Assembly (NCBI GenBank): GCA_002633005.1 | Contig: NMRA01000597.1 | Span: 115,988-179,987, forward strand | Length of the DNA stretch: 64,000 nt | Source: Phoronis australis | Taxonomy: Eukaryota > Animalia > Phoronida | Reading direction: 5' to 3' | Shown here: piece after piece, positions 23,431 through 35,900 of the stretch | Layout of the letters: each line of letters begins with the position of its first letter | How positions within the stretch are numbered: position 1 is the first letter of the stretch | Program-made: the position numbers and the translations under genes | Notes under the pieces: generated by a model | What the model was told of the DNA's origin: nothing | The model's database searches: none | The model's input: only the letters and a program-made list of their open reading frames with translations

Positions 23431-24062
23431 TAAAGCCACAGTTTGCATACGATTACTACGGACTTAAAGACAGTGCATTCATACTGCCAAAAATCCTTAA
23501 ATTACACATATCAGGTGAAAAGTAGGTGTCGACCAGCCAGATTTATCACAAATCCAAAGTGTCTGAAGGGCATCAGAATTTCAACTTCCCGTTCGCGAGC
23601 AATGAAGGTTTAAGGAAATCCACGACTGAGTAAAAACTGGATGAAGGAGTCAACAGCTAACAATCTTTCTCGTAGAACAGATCAAAAAATTAAGCAAATG
23701 CCATTCGTAGCCTTCACATGCAGCACACATCTTAAAATACTCAACAAATCCAGCAGGCGACATTTTTTAACGAAATTGATGGAACTAGACTCAGCCGTGG
23801 CTCAAAAATACTATTGAGTGTCACCTTGGTATTTAATTTACGGTGTAGGTCCTGATTTCAAATGGCAAAATTGAGTGGGATTTTCAAAAAAGGGACGCCT
23901 TTCGGGTCATCTAATATATAGGTGTTTTACATTAATCAAATTTGTACTTTTAATATTTCATTGATAACAACTCGATAATTATGAGCAACAGTGTTCAATA
24001 CAGGCCTAGAAAAAGTACTTCATTTTATTATTTGTTTCTATGCTTAAATTTTGGTTAATTTT

Positions 24063-24300
24063 CATGCGCACACCCGGGGGGCTCGAACAAACCCCCCCCC
24101 CCTTCCATTTGGCGAAGCTGGCAAAAAGATCTACCTCAAAGAAACAAAAAGTACAACAAAGGGAAAAAACGAGACAAAAGTTCACTAAAAAGGCAGGAAT
24201 TTGGCGGATACACAATTCATAGCTCTGAGGAACGTACTCATTTTTTTAATAAAAGGTCCACATTCTAAAAAATCGAGCCCCCCCCCTGCTTTTTAAGGCT
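24063..24300. repeat. Small intronic insertion (MITE-like, CATGCGCACACC end); related sequence at ~33660-33912
   Basis: Absent from the paralogous intron at 3770-3800. Shares GAGACAAAAG..CACTAAAA and AAAAGGTCCACA with 33690-33870. Confidence 0.5.
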
Positions 24301-24327
24301 GGTTTTCATATGTATTTTTATTTTCAG

Positions 24328-25214
24328 TGCTGCATTACAGACAGGATGAGGCCGCAAAAATGAAAGAGTTGTATAAGAAAGCCAAAAAAAAACTTTCTGG
24401 AAATTCATGGCAACAAATTGAATACTTCTATCGCAACCAACCGCGTACGAGATATGACAGCATTCTATCGTCGACGGGTGTGATAAAAACACGACTTAAA
24501 GATTTCAATGGCGATTCTCCTATTAATGGTAAAATAACTGGAACTTTTCTCTCGGTCAATAACCCGTTTGCTAGACGTCCAGGTGAAATGCCATACATCT
24601 CACCGTTTGGAGACACGCGGTTATTTTTACCTGTTAAATTGTTTATGGGGTATTACAATTTATACTTTGCAGACTTTTACTGTTTAAAACCAGGTGGCCT
24701 TCATTACGTAACTGTTGTCATGACCAAGCCCTATTCTGCGGCCGACATATTTTGCAAGTCGCATCTAGTATCGCTGGATATTAGGGACAACCCATTTCTC
24801 AAACGCATTCCATACAGCGGGTGGTCAGCCACCTCAAAATTATGGGTGGAACTTTTCTTTACGGAGGATATTGATGTAAGGGCGGCCTTGTGTTCAGGAG
24901 CCAAATTTAAGACTGTTGAGTCGACAGGCGTCGCCACTCGCTCAGGTATCCCGAAGAACTCATCCTGTGCAACGTGTAATGTTAGGTCAGTGATGACTGT
25001 CGATGAATATTTGTCGCTTATTGCACGGAGACAACAGCCACCAGTTCGCCGTCGAGTTCAAATTACTAACAACTGGCAGAACACTTCACGGCCAGTACAG
25101 GAGTCAGTTACCACCCGTTCTGATAGGGCTGCATGTGTTAGTCTTAAAGACCTTCTGATAGCTATAATAGCTGTTGTGTTTTTGTGGATGGCATTCTCCT
25201 ACAGCAATAAGTGA
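24328..25214 (+). CDS. PHYHIP/PHYHIPL C-terminal-domain protein, terminal coding exon, with a C-terminal transmembrane-like segment
   Basis: Acceptor ttttcag at 24321-24327, then an open frame with FYRNQ, LKDFNGDSPINGKITGTFLS, SPFG, NLYFADFYC, HYVTVV, DIFC..L..LD..NPFL, ELFFTE and KNSSCATCN, matching the PHYHIP_C motif order. The tail is LLIAIIAVVFLWMAFSYSNK. Upstream exon(s) were not identified. Confidence 0.85.
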
Positions 25215-25347
25215 TAGGGACGCGTCGTCAATTTGAGTGACCGGACTAACATTTCCTCTTTCCTGGGGTATCTTCGCGGATGTGCAGTGTGTCAATGTGT
25301 AAATCTGTTAAGGAAATAAGCTGGTGTAGATTACGTGCAGTAAATAT

Positions 25348-25494
25348 CATGGGCGGCGCACCATAGGGGGCTGGGGGGCTAGAGCTCCCCCTCCACTTTT
25401 TTCAGTGCTACGCCGCACGTGGTCTATAGGCGGTGCACAACATGGGGGCTGAGGGGGCTTTAGCCCCCCTTTTAAAGGTTCTGAGCCGCCCATG
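25348..25494. mobile_element. 147-bp MITE with 5-bp TSD
   Basis: CATGGGCGGC...GCCGCCCATG flanked by AATAT on both sides. Absent from the paralogous site at ~4765. Confidence 0.85.
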
Positions 25495-25538
25495 AATATA
25501 GCCTGGTATTTCTGCAAGCATCATAGCAGGCTCTTCAA

Positions 25539-26847
25539 AGGCGAAGGCAACCTTTTTTCATTTCATTTTTAGCAAAAATAGGGTTCGTTGATTATCCCAG
25601 ACATATTTTTCACTTATTTACAGCTTTTCGTAATTTAATTAATTACTCGTCGTCTACTCTGGAAGTGACGTTTTGGGAGGCAAGAATTTCGCGCTAATTT
25701 CATTTCATATAGTCTGACTGCGAGAGCAGTCGAGTCAGTCATTGTTCTACCTCGGTTGTGATAAGTTCGGTCGTCGTTTGGTTTTGTTTACGAGTCAGTC
25801 AACATGCCACGCTGTTGCTGCCTACCGAGATGTACTCATTCGTCTCACGTACAGAGGAAGAACTGTCCCACTTGCCCGAGTGTCCCGCGACACACTCCCA
25901 GTGGATGATAACTTGAGCACCCAAACTGCTTACATCCCGCCGTGCGACTCCCTCGTCACACACGTGGCACCTTCTAACTAGCTCCAATACAAGTCCACAA
26001 TAAACTTATCAAACTTAGGCTCACCGATCTGTTCATGGGATGACGAACTGTCCTTTTCACTGGGTGTCAAACTGGGCCTGTATTCACTCCCACCACTCAA
26101 CATCGCTGCAGGGCTGCTTACAGGCTCTGGGCTAGAGGCAACAGCACACGGGAATCACTGCTAATTCCTGGAATTTCACGTTATGGGTTACGTTCGGAGG
26201 CATGGGTGACAGTAGATGAAGTGCCTCCAGTCACTGTTTATAGTGGCCACAACTTGCGAGGCTTCTCGCTTCAAAAACGCACTTCTCGGGGGTGGCGATG
26301 GGCACTGCCGGGAATCAACAGCGACGGTGTGGAACCCTTCTTCAAGAGTTGTTTCGCAGGGACTTTCATCAATTCAGCGTACATATCTCTGTCGTAATCT
26401 GACAGCTGAAAATGTTTGCCACTGCTTTGTACGTTGCTTGAACGGGTAGCGCTGCGTTCTTCACACGAACGAGCTAGCCAAGTACGGCGAAGTGTGTCAT
26501 CCTTCGGAAAGCGATGCAAGGTACCCAAAGCGCGTGTGAGACGATAGTGAGTACATCCTGGTACGCAGCAACAGCGTGGCATGTTGACTGACTTGTAAAC
26601 AAAAGCAAACGACGACCGAACTTATCACATCCGAAGTAGAACAATGACTGACTTGTCAGCTCTCACAGTCTGACTGTAGGAAATGAAATTGGCGCGAAAT
26701 TCTTGCCTCCCAAAACGTCACTTCCGGAGTAGAGGACGAGAAATTAATTAAATTACGAAATGCTGTAATTAAGTGAAAAATATGTCCGGGATAATCAATA
26801 GACCTTATTTTTGCTAAAAGTGACATGAAAAAAGGTTGCCTTCGCCT
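25539..26847. mobile_element. Kolobok derivative (same family as 16575) with ~280-bp inverted arms
   Basis: Same AGGCGAAGGCAACC termini, with TTCAA on both flanks. Absent from the paralogous site at ~4820. Confidence 0.85.
26271..26582 (-). pseudogene. THAP zinc-finger N-terminus of the Kolobok transposase (truncated)
   Basis: MPRCCCVPGC...LHRFPKD...W...HF...LKKGSTPSL. The third Cys of the C2CH motif is lost, and downstream transposase fragments are out of frame. Confidence 0.8.
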
Positions 26848-29800
26848 TTCAATGCTTCATAATCGCTAACCTATGCGGTAGGGGGAGTAATATCAGAGTG
26901 CGCTGTCCGGGTGGTGCTTCAGTGAAGGGCACGATGAGGTAGATCAACCGTCACTGGACTCGCACATTTAAAATAGAGTGAAAGCAGCATGGTCTAATTC
27001 TAAAGTAAAAACATTTTGATGAAAAAACTCCACCTGCTGAACTGTTGTTAGAGTGTGTGCAATTCCGTCTGTTCGACTTCTAGCGCATTTTATTCATGTG
27101 TTTGTCTCTTTAAAAGCATCCACGTTTATAATACCAGCTTTGTTTGTGGGTTTGCCTTCGACTTAGCTGCAAAGAACACTCCAATCACATTTGTTCAGAT
27201 AAGCACCATGCGCTGCAGGTACATGTAGTGGTACATCACAAAACAACTTTAACGTTTGGGTGGCTGACACTACAAGCTAATCATGAGCTTACCACATGTG
27301 GAAGTTTCAAAGTTTGGAAGTTTAGATAAATCTTGGACTTAGTCAAAAATGAACATTTTTTGGAAAGGACCCCTGTGGTTCTCGGAGTTAGATGTCTGGA
27401 TAGGTACTCCAGTAAGCTATTTCATAGGACAGATGACGGTGAGGGGAAGTCTAGCTTCACGCAGTTTGACGTGTGCACTTGTGATATGACGTATTACAAT
27501 AAGAAAGTGTCGAGTTGTCGATGAGGCTAGTAAGTTTCCGTAAGTCACTGGCCTACGGTCACTCACTTACGTTCTACAAGATTAATTCTTATTAAAAATT
27601 ACATTAGGTACTTTTGAAAATAATATAAATAAAGTAAAAATGGTAGTGAAACTGTGCGAATTTCTTTCACTTTGTGCTAGTTTATCCAGAAGAATATTCC
27701 ATTGATCGTGGCGTCTGCTTCATACTTTCACGGAAGACTCAGAAACGTCTTTGGTATTATGTTTATGGTTCAATCTTTTTGGCTTTCATTGGTAAGAATG
27801 ATACGAATGATTAAAGAATGTGTTGTTTGGAAAAGAGATTCCCCCGAGTCTTAAAAAAGTGACAAGGAGGTTTGAAATGCCTAAAAATAAATTTGCCGAC
27901 TGATTGTTTGAATACTGCGTGCAATGAAGTTAGTGGTGAATGGTCACAGTGGCAAGAAATTTAATGTTCGCTACATACCCCAGTATGGTTTTAGGCTATT
28001 GAAAAGCACTTCCAGTTCCTTAAAATTCTGTTAGAAAAGAGGAAGGTCCCATTTTTCGCCGAAACGTATCTCAACCTGTACCTATATATACTTATAACTT
28101 CTCAGAAAATGCTAAATATTGATTATTGTATAGGCAATACCCAGCCCTTTAACAGAGTTCCTGTTTTAGGATTGGTTTACCGTCTAACTATTGTATCGAA
28201 TGAGCGAGATAGTTGAACTGTCTCAAAAACAATGACCTCTAGTTTAATGCGATGTATTGAAATTGAGAGCATGAGTAGGCTAAGCCGATTTATGGAAATG
28301 GTTTAAAATGACATTTGAATTCTTCGTGTGTCATTGACAAACATTGACAAAATTATCTTTAAAAATATGCTTTTCAGTAATTTCAGAATATGATCGCCCT
28401 GTGTAAGTGGTTTTGCCCATTTCACCTGGCTGAAAACTTTAAAGAAATGTCGCTTAATTCGTCAGAGGAAAAATGAAATTACTAAAGTGTGGAAGCAAAT
28501 GTAAAAAATAGTTGTGCAATCTAATTTAAGTCGAATCCCAGCAGAGACACACTCCATTGTGTTCCTCCCAAGCAGTGTTCAGTTTATCTTAGAACATTGA
28601 AATCTGTGTTAGGTGGTCGATACTGGTTCACGTCGGCTGGTGGATTCTTACACATTTTGCAAAGAAGGTACCCCCATAACAGAAGACGCGGCACGCGGGA
28701 TGACGCCGTTTAGATGTTGGGCCTATGGCTTGGGTAACGACCTACGCATTAAGAATGTTCAGGTGGTTTTGTGGTTCACGTTTACAGTAGCAACTCACGG
28801 TGGTTGCATTCTAGGCCGATAAAGTGAGAAAATCCTCTTATAAAATATTAGTATTATTGTGCTGAATCGTTGCTCGCCACTTTCAGAAAAATCTGTGAAC
28901 CTAGTTTCGATTTGCAGTCGCGTAATTAAGACTGTCGTCACCACTCTAGTACTGCTGACTGCGCTTTGGTGTGAAAGGTAATAGTTACTTCGAGTAACTA
29001 AACTGTTTAATATAATTGTGTTTACTCGTACATGCAAAAAATCGTCGGTAACATTGTTACGACAACCACTTCTTTAATTTCCTTATGTATTTATTTTCCA
29101 AGCAATAAACATACAAGCGCAACCTGCAATCGTCAAAATGCTTGATACAAGCTAATTCTCAATGCTACAAAAAATCAAAATATTACAATTAAAATTCATG
29201 TCAACACCAACGTAAGTAAACTAGATTGAACAGACACAAAACGACATTCAAAATGGTCAAGAAATGTCGACATTTAGAATATTTGTAAGATAACGGTGAT
29301 TGTGCGCAACACCCGATGGCTGGTGCTGTCACTGCAGACCTTATGGAAGAAGTCGGTGGGTTAAACCTTGCCATGGGATCGATTACCGACACACAAACTG
29401 CACGGGTCACCACGACAAACTGTAGTCTGTTATTTCTATGTTTAAAGAAAATTTTTAATTCTTAACCACAGCACTTTTAAAATATGATTACACTTATCCC
29501 ATCCTGAACAGTTCACGAGAGGAAATCTCAAGTACATGTAATAGGCAATGTCACACAATCATTGTGCCATAATCGAATTCGCAAATTTCAGTGGTGGCCA
29601 ATCTTAAGAAACTCGAAACCGTTTTTTAGGCAATGATGGTTTCGAAGCTCTGTTGGCAAGGGAAACTAAATCTAATCATGATAAAGAGTATGAGACTGGT
29701 TTTTGGCAGTTTCCGGTAAATGATAACTGCAGTGTAAACTGCCAACTCAGTATGTCAGTCGACACGCATAGAGAATAAACCTTCTCTGCGTGTAAGCTGA

Positions 29801-29938
29801 TGCATCAAAACAGTTGATATCACTTTCTCGTATCGAAGGAGCAAGTTTTTACAAACCTAAAACGGTTAATAGCGTGTCTACAATGGGGAACAATTGTTTC
29901 GGATGGTTTGATTTTCTTATAACAACTATTAACTGTGT

Positions 29939-30092
29939 CAGTGGCGGATATCAGGGGGAGGGCAAGGGAGCCATGGGCCTTCTAAAATTCTCTCAAATTC
30001 CATTTGGCAGTTCGGGGTGTGAATGTCGGAGGGGCAAAATCCTAGCCAATACTCTGCTCTGCCCCCCACTCAAAATCCTGGATCCGCCCCTG
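29939..30092. mobile_element. Short MITE with CAG(T/G)GGCGGAT termini
   Basis: CAGTGGCGGAT...ATCCGCCCCTG. Absent from the duplicated segment at ~53680. Confidence 0.75.
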
Positions 30093-30349
30093 TGTCATAG
30101 ACACTTTGATTTCTTGATAACACCGCCATCCTTTTACTTACCGTAGGACATAAATCATGTTATACTCAGCAACAACTTCTCTCAAAGCTTACCCTGCTAT
30201 GATAGAAACCAATAGCAACCCCAAGGCATTGGAGAGTTGTATGGCAAGGGAAATTTAAAGACGGGGTTGTTATATTTGATTTTGCTGCTTCGCGATTTTT
30301 ATGATTAGGCCTTGGATGAGAATTTTTTCTTTAAAAGTCGTACACCCGT

Positions 30350-30792
30350 TTAAATTTCTCGCCAGTTAAACGAAGTATCTAGTCCCTCGTATTCGATGAA
30401 CTTCTTGCGTTTCAATGTTTCAATCATCCAATGGCCATACTTCTGGACAGGAGTGCCTTCTGGCGGCTCCTTCAGAACTGGTGACCTGTTGAGGTCAGTG
30501 TGGTAACTGGGTTCCATGAAGAATGGAACAGAATAACGGTCGCTGCCGATCTCTATCACGCGATGACGTGTAGCTTTCAGGCGGCCTCCACAAAACTCTA
30601 CCAAAACATCCCCAATATTAACAATTAAAGTTCCCGGTTTCGGTTCCACCGCACACCATTCGCCATCATGGTTGAGCACTTCCAAACCGGGGTTGTCAAA
30701 AGTCTCCAGAATCGTGATCATACTTGTGTCGTGATGATCATCGCATGTTATTACCTTGCCATCCTTCGAAATGCACGTCTTCGGAATATCGG
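30350..30792 (-). CDS. IPNS-like Fe(II)/2-oxoglutarate dioxygenase, copy A, coding exon 2 (2OG-FeII_Oxy domain)
   Basis: Acceptor tttgtacag. Contains HxD (DDHHDTS), NIGD, the distal His (ATRHRV) and RxS (RYSVPFF). Joins exon 1 in phase 1 to give 334 aa. Confidence 0.92.
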
Positions 30793-32374
30793 CTGTACAA
30801 ACAAAGAATAACAAGTAACGTAAATTCATTCAACATTTAAAAGATCAATACTAAGTAAATTGCAGACGACAATTTCAGCTGACCCCAGGACATAATCTCT
30901 GCATTTTGGGTTGGGAGGGCCAAACTAGTCCACACTGTGACTTAGAATTTGACGAAGCGGGTTTGCAAATCATGCGTGTTGTTCACACACAACAGGCCTT
31001 TTGAAGTTGACAGGCAAGGTCAATGAAAGCAAAAAACTCAGTTTAACAAAAGGTTTGTGGTCCTGCCTGAAAAGATAATGGCTTGATTACCCCCTGTAAA
31101 TCAGCGAATAGCCAAGCTCAAAATGGAATTCAGACTCACTCCCACTTCAGTTAACACTCGAATGCTAACCAACCACGCTGCATAATTCCGCAACAAATTG
31201 GTAGGCTGACTAGAAGCGTGACTTGCAATTAATTAGCACATTTTTGAGTCGAGTTTCGAGTACTGAGACTAGACTCCCATTTCGAGGAATCGCTCTATAC
31301 AACGAATAGGGGCAAGAATTAATTCAAATGTTCATCCAAAAATTCGATTGTCTCCTATTGAGCTTTACTAAACGGTATTGTTAAACTATTCACAAATTAC
31401 CTGTTCCACAACAAAATACTTTAAAATGTTTTAAACCAATGGCACATCATTGCTGAGCACTGCCTTCCGTAAGAGACCTCAACACATCCACACCCAATTC
31501 CCTCCCTTTCATATACTTAAAATAACATGCGAACTAGAGTTTTGTCAACATGAGGCTGAACACGACAAACGTAGTTTGCTGAAGTTTGGTCATGTGCATT
31601 AATTTGAAATCTGTTTGGTGGAGTTTGGTAGAGTTTGATGAATAATAACCAACCAGCAAGCAGCAGAAAAGCGTATGATTCTCAGTGTTCAAAGTGGCAG
31701 CCTCAGCAAGAGAAAGTTTGGAAAAGTTTGACATTGTGGACAACAGATAGAGACAGATTGTCTATCACGTGACTTTGTATAGGTATATCAGGGAGACCAT
31801 TTCGTCGAGTGTAACTCAGTGTTATGGAAAGCGACAGCCAGCGGATTAAAACGCTCTAGCTTTGAAACCGTTGGGCAGATTCTTATGAAATAGGTACCAA
31901 TAATGTATACGTACCAATAATTGTATTTTTGCAGTCTTTCCACTGGTATCGCTTTCGAGATATTTAGAAATTAAAGTGAAAATACTCGTTAGTCCTTAAT
32001 TTAAGTATCTTCTTACCAATACTTCTATGTATTTGCTTTATTTATTCTTATGTGTCACAATTTCGCATTCAATACACCAAGGTCGCTTATCCGCTTACGG
32101 TAACGTTGTATGTTTTCAGTCAGCTCCCACACAACAACATGGCGCCGCACGAGCGACGTGCTTTCACGTCCGATCTACCTATACATCTATGGTGTGGACT
32201 GGTTACCAAACTCATCAAAACGTCACCAAACTCCGAGTTTGTCGTGTTTGCACATAAAAGTTTGGTAGAGCTTGCCAGTGTGGCTGGTCCTTTGCAAACT
32301 CCCCTGAAACAACTCGTTGATATTTTCTTAGCTGTTAAACATGCATTTAAAACACTTTGATTAAAAGTACTTAC

Positions 32375-32936
32375 TACCACGTGATGGGTAATGCAGTAAT
32401 CGTAGCGTTGACAGCGGTTTCTCGACGATCATGCTATCAAAACAGTGCTCTTCAAAGCCGAGTCCAAGTGCCAACATTCGGATCAAATCGATAGCAGTGC
32501 GGTGCATCACCTTATAGTAAGATGTCACGATCTCCTTGAACGGAATTGTCTCCTCAGTCGGCCACTGCGGGTTCTCGTAAAGTCTGTTACCATTCAGGAC
32601 ATCAGGGTCATTTGGTGGAAGTGTTATGCCGCATTCAAATGCCTCTTTATGATTAGAATTCAGGGGATCTTCTTCAGTAGGGAAATACCCTCTGTAGACA
32701 TTTTTGCTGTTTGGGTTCCACTTCTTTCTTGTAACTTCAAACTTCTTTTCCAAGGGTTGAGTAAAGAACCATTGACAAGCCTCTTTCAATCGGTAAGGGT
32801 CCACTCCTTCCACGTTTTGGAGTATTAGGAAGCCTATCGTACTCATAATTTCGACCAGCTCCTTGGAGAGAGCCTCGCGGTCCATTGTCGCTCTTCGCAT
32901 GTCGATGATGGGTAGCTTTAGAAGCTTCGAGTCCAT
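32375..32936 (-). CDS. IPNS-like Fe(II)/2-oxoglutarate dioxygenase, copy A, coding exon 1 (DIOX_N region)
   Basis: LPIIDM, GFLIL, FF..PLEKK, YRGYF, KEAF, NPQWP and LRLLHYP, followed by a GTAAGT donor. Confidence 0.92.
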
Positions 32937-35900
32937 CTCCGTCGAAGTTGGAAGGCGGATTCAAGTCTTCAAAATCTACAACACAAGTTTTTGTTGCAAT
33001 GTGTTAACAGTTTGATTCGATATATTTGTGTGTTATATACAGCAGTCTTAATGTTGAAGAGGTCGATATCGAGAAGAGAGGTCCTGCCAAACTTGCGACC
33101 ATTTTTGCTGTGCCTCAGCAAATGATGAGGTCAATAACTGACAACAAACTACACCTTTATGGAACCACTCAGTGATGTAAAAATTTAATTCTTATCAAAA
33201 AAGGAACAAAATGCACAGCGTAATAATATGTTTCGAGTTTGGAAGCCAACAAATACTTTAAATTTGCACTGCACACAGAAGACAGCAACGCACGAGCAAA
33301 GGGTTCGCCTGGAAATTTTGACAATCGACAAATTGAATGGGAATTTTTGAAAAAATGAACATTCAAAAGTAAGTAAGAATGTTAGATTCGCATTCGAACA
33401 TTTTTATGACGTCACTTCAATGTACAACAGCAACGTAATGCGTTGATTCGCGCTGAAAGTGCACCGCAAACGCTATTATACTTCTAGGCGTGCTTATCAG
33501 CTTCATGCAAGATACAAAGGAGACAACAATTCAACACCAAAGAATAGTTGTAATGGTCAGAATTGACATGAAACTAATACTAAAACAAGAACTTCGACCA
33601 CGTACCGTTATGAAATTGGTTTCAAATTGTTCCTTAGTGAACTAGGTGATGTCTCTGGTCCGCCTCAGAGAAACAAAAAGACTGAGAAAACGAGACAAAA
33701 GTCCACTAAAAGGGCGCAGAAGCGCACTCCACAGTTCTGAAGGTGGTATCCCGTTTTTTTTTTAGTCCTCCCGCTGTTTTTGTCAACAAAAGGTCCACAA
33801 CGTCAGAAATTCCAGCCCCCCCCCCATATTAAAGGTTGGGTGTGCGCATGTAAAAGGTCCACATTCTCAAAAAATTCGATCCCCCCTACTTTTTAGGCTG
33901 TACGCGCGCATGTATTGGTCAGGGATAATTTTAGAAAAACGTCGGTATGAGTGAATTGAGCCACACGGCCTCAACTTCATCGCCTAATTTCGCTTCCAAT
34001 CTTAAAGGGCCCGTTGGCCTGAGCTCAGCAATAGCAGTGAATCACTGAAATCATTTTTGCGACTATGACCCTGGCTGATAGTTCTATTGCAAAAAGCACC
34101 TGTTTCTGTGGTATTCTCTTACAAAAACTGTACCTTTCTGTGCAGTTTCAACATAACCAAAAAGTAAATCCTTTTTTCGAGAATTCTTTAAATCGAAAAA
34201 GGCAACCATTCGCAGGTAACGTGGTAGTGAAAGACCTTCCCACCTGATTGGAACGTTTCGTACACACCTTTTGTGGGAGTATCCCTCGGGATTTCTGTTT
34301 TAAGCACACATAAATTAATATTTCCACGAACATTTTCGATGAATGGTGAGTATTGTGTCATCATCTGGTAGCGTTCTTTTCCCATGAAATGTTCTTTTCT
34401 CACCGAGCGGTACTTCTCTTTCATACGAAATCCATTCATTTATTACAAATCCCAATGAGGAGATGTAATAATTAAATGTAATTGGCTGCCGAAGAAAATC
34501 GGCTAGCACTGGACTTATCACGCCTAGCTTTGAGGATTTACTTTAACCAGGCAAATGAGATATTCCCAAATGAGAAATTCGCCTAACGGCCTCGCGAAGC
34601 AAAATCCACGCAATTCATTTTGNACTTCATCGCCTAATTTCGCTTCCAATCTTAAAGGGCTCGTTGGCCTGAGCTCAGCAATCGCAGTGAATCACTGAAA
34701 TCATTTTTGCGACTATGACCCTGGCTGATAGTTCTATTGCAAAAAGCACCTGTTTCTGTGGTATTCTCTTGCAAAAACTGTACCTTTCTGTGCAGTTTCA
34801 ACATAACCAAAAAGTAAATCCTTTTTTCGAGAATTCTTTAAATCGAAAAAGGCAACCATTCGCAGGTAACGTGGTAGTGAAAGACCTTCCCACCTGAGTG
34901 GAACGTTTCGTACACACCTTTTGTGGGAGTATCCCTCGGGATTTCTGTTTTAAGCACACATAAATTAATATTTCCACGAACATTTTCGATGAATGGTGAG
35001 TATTGTGTCATCATCTGGTAGCGTTCTTTTCCCATGAAATGTTCTTTTCTCACCGAGCGGTACTTCTCTTTCATACGAAATCCATTCATTTATTACAAAT
35101 CCCAATGAGGAGATGTAATAATTAAATGTAATTGGCTGCCGAAGAAAATCGGCTAGCACTGGACTTATCACGCCTAGCTTTGAGGATTTACTTTAACCAG
35201 GCAAATGAGATATTCCCAAATGAGAAATTCGCCTAACGGCCTCGCGAAGCAAAATCCACGCAATTCATTTTGAGGCAGGCGCGAGATATGAGCTGAGTAA
35301 AATTTTTTTTTTCGATGCCCTTGAGCTCGTCGTCTACGCTCCCCGTAAGCTCACGTCGGCGCCCGCACGCTCGCGTCTTGAAAGAAATCCACTGAACAAC
35401 CGAGACATTCGTCTCATCACTTCTCTAGGCAAAATCCTCACTTAATTTGACGCAGACAGGAGTTATGAGTTGCACTCATTTGCGTTCGAGACCCGTACAT
35501 GTGGCTCTGCCTCTGCGCTGGCCGGGCCCTTATTGAAATAGCCTGATGAACTCCATTACGTTGGTGTATGTTATCCAGGGGCACTGAAGTGGCTAATGTG
35601 TACCGCTGGGAAATAAGAATAATAGCCATCCCTTTGGAGAAAAAGCACTATGAATACCTAACATCCTCTAAGATTTGAGCAAGACGAAAAAGGTTGTTGC
35701 TAGATGTAGCTTAGGTTCCGCAAAATTGCACCCTTTTGATCGTCGACGTTCGTTCTCACAATACAACCCTTTTGTAGGGCAAAAGGCCTTGTTATGAACT
35801 GAAACATATTCGTGACCTTTAAGTAGTCTTTGGACTGCAGGTCTATTAACTTATAGGCCAATAAATGACAATGAACTCAGTGTGCTTCGACAATTAAACC

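Larger units (their letters stand above)
3615..28560. repeat. Older tandem duplication of the PHYHIP-like block
   Basis: 3615-4891 matches 23895-26925 and 16202-18930 matches 27108-28560, in the same order and orientation. Confidence 0.85.

Noticed and set aside
30350-32936. Calling the dioxygenase a true isopenicillin N synthase or a horizontally acquired gene
   Set aside because: HxD...H and RxS are shared by the whole DIOX_N/2OG-FeII_Oxy family, no ACV synthetase is nearby, and the gene has introns. Substrate and origin cannot be read from the sequence.
34065-35171. Short ORFs repeated at 34.1, 34.7 and 61.0 kb
   Set aside because: They recur only because of duplication, frames are not conserved between units A and B, and there are no protein motifs.
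33974-35272. Near-perfect 650-bp tandem duplication
   Set aside because: The copies abut at a single N (34624) and differ by only a few bases, typical of an unmerged contig overlap. Unit B has only one copy.
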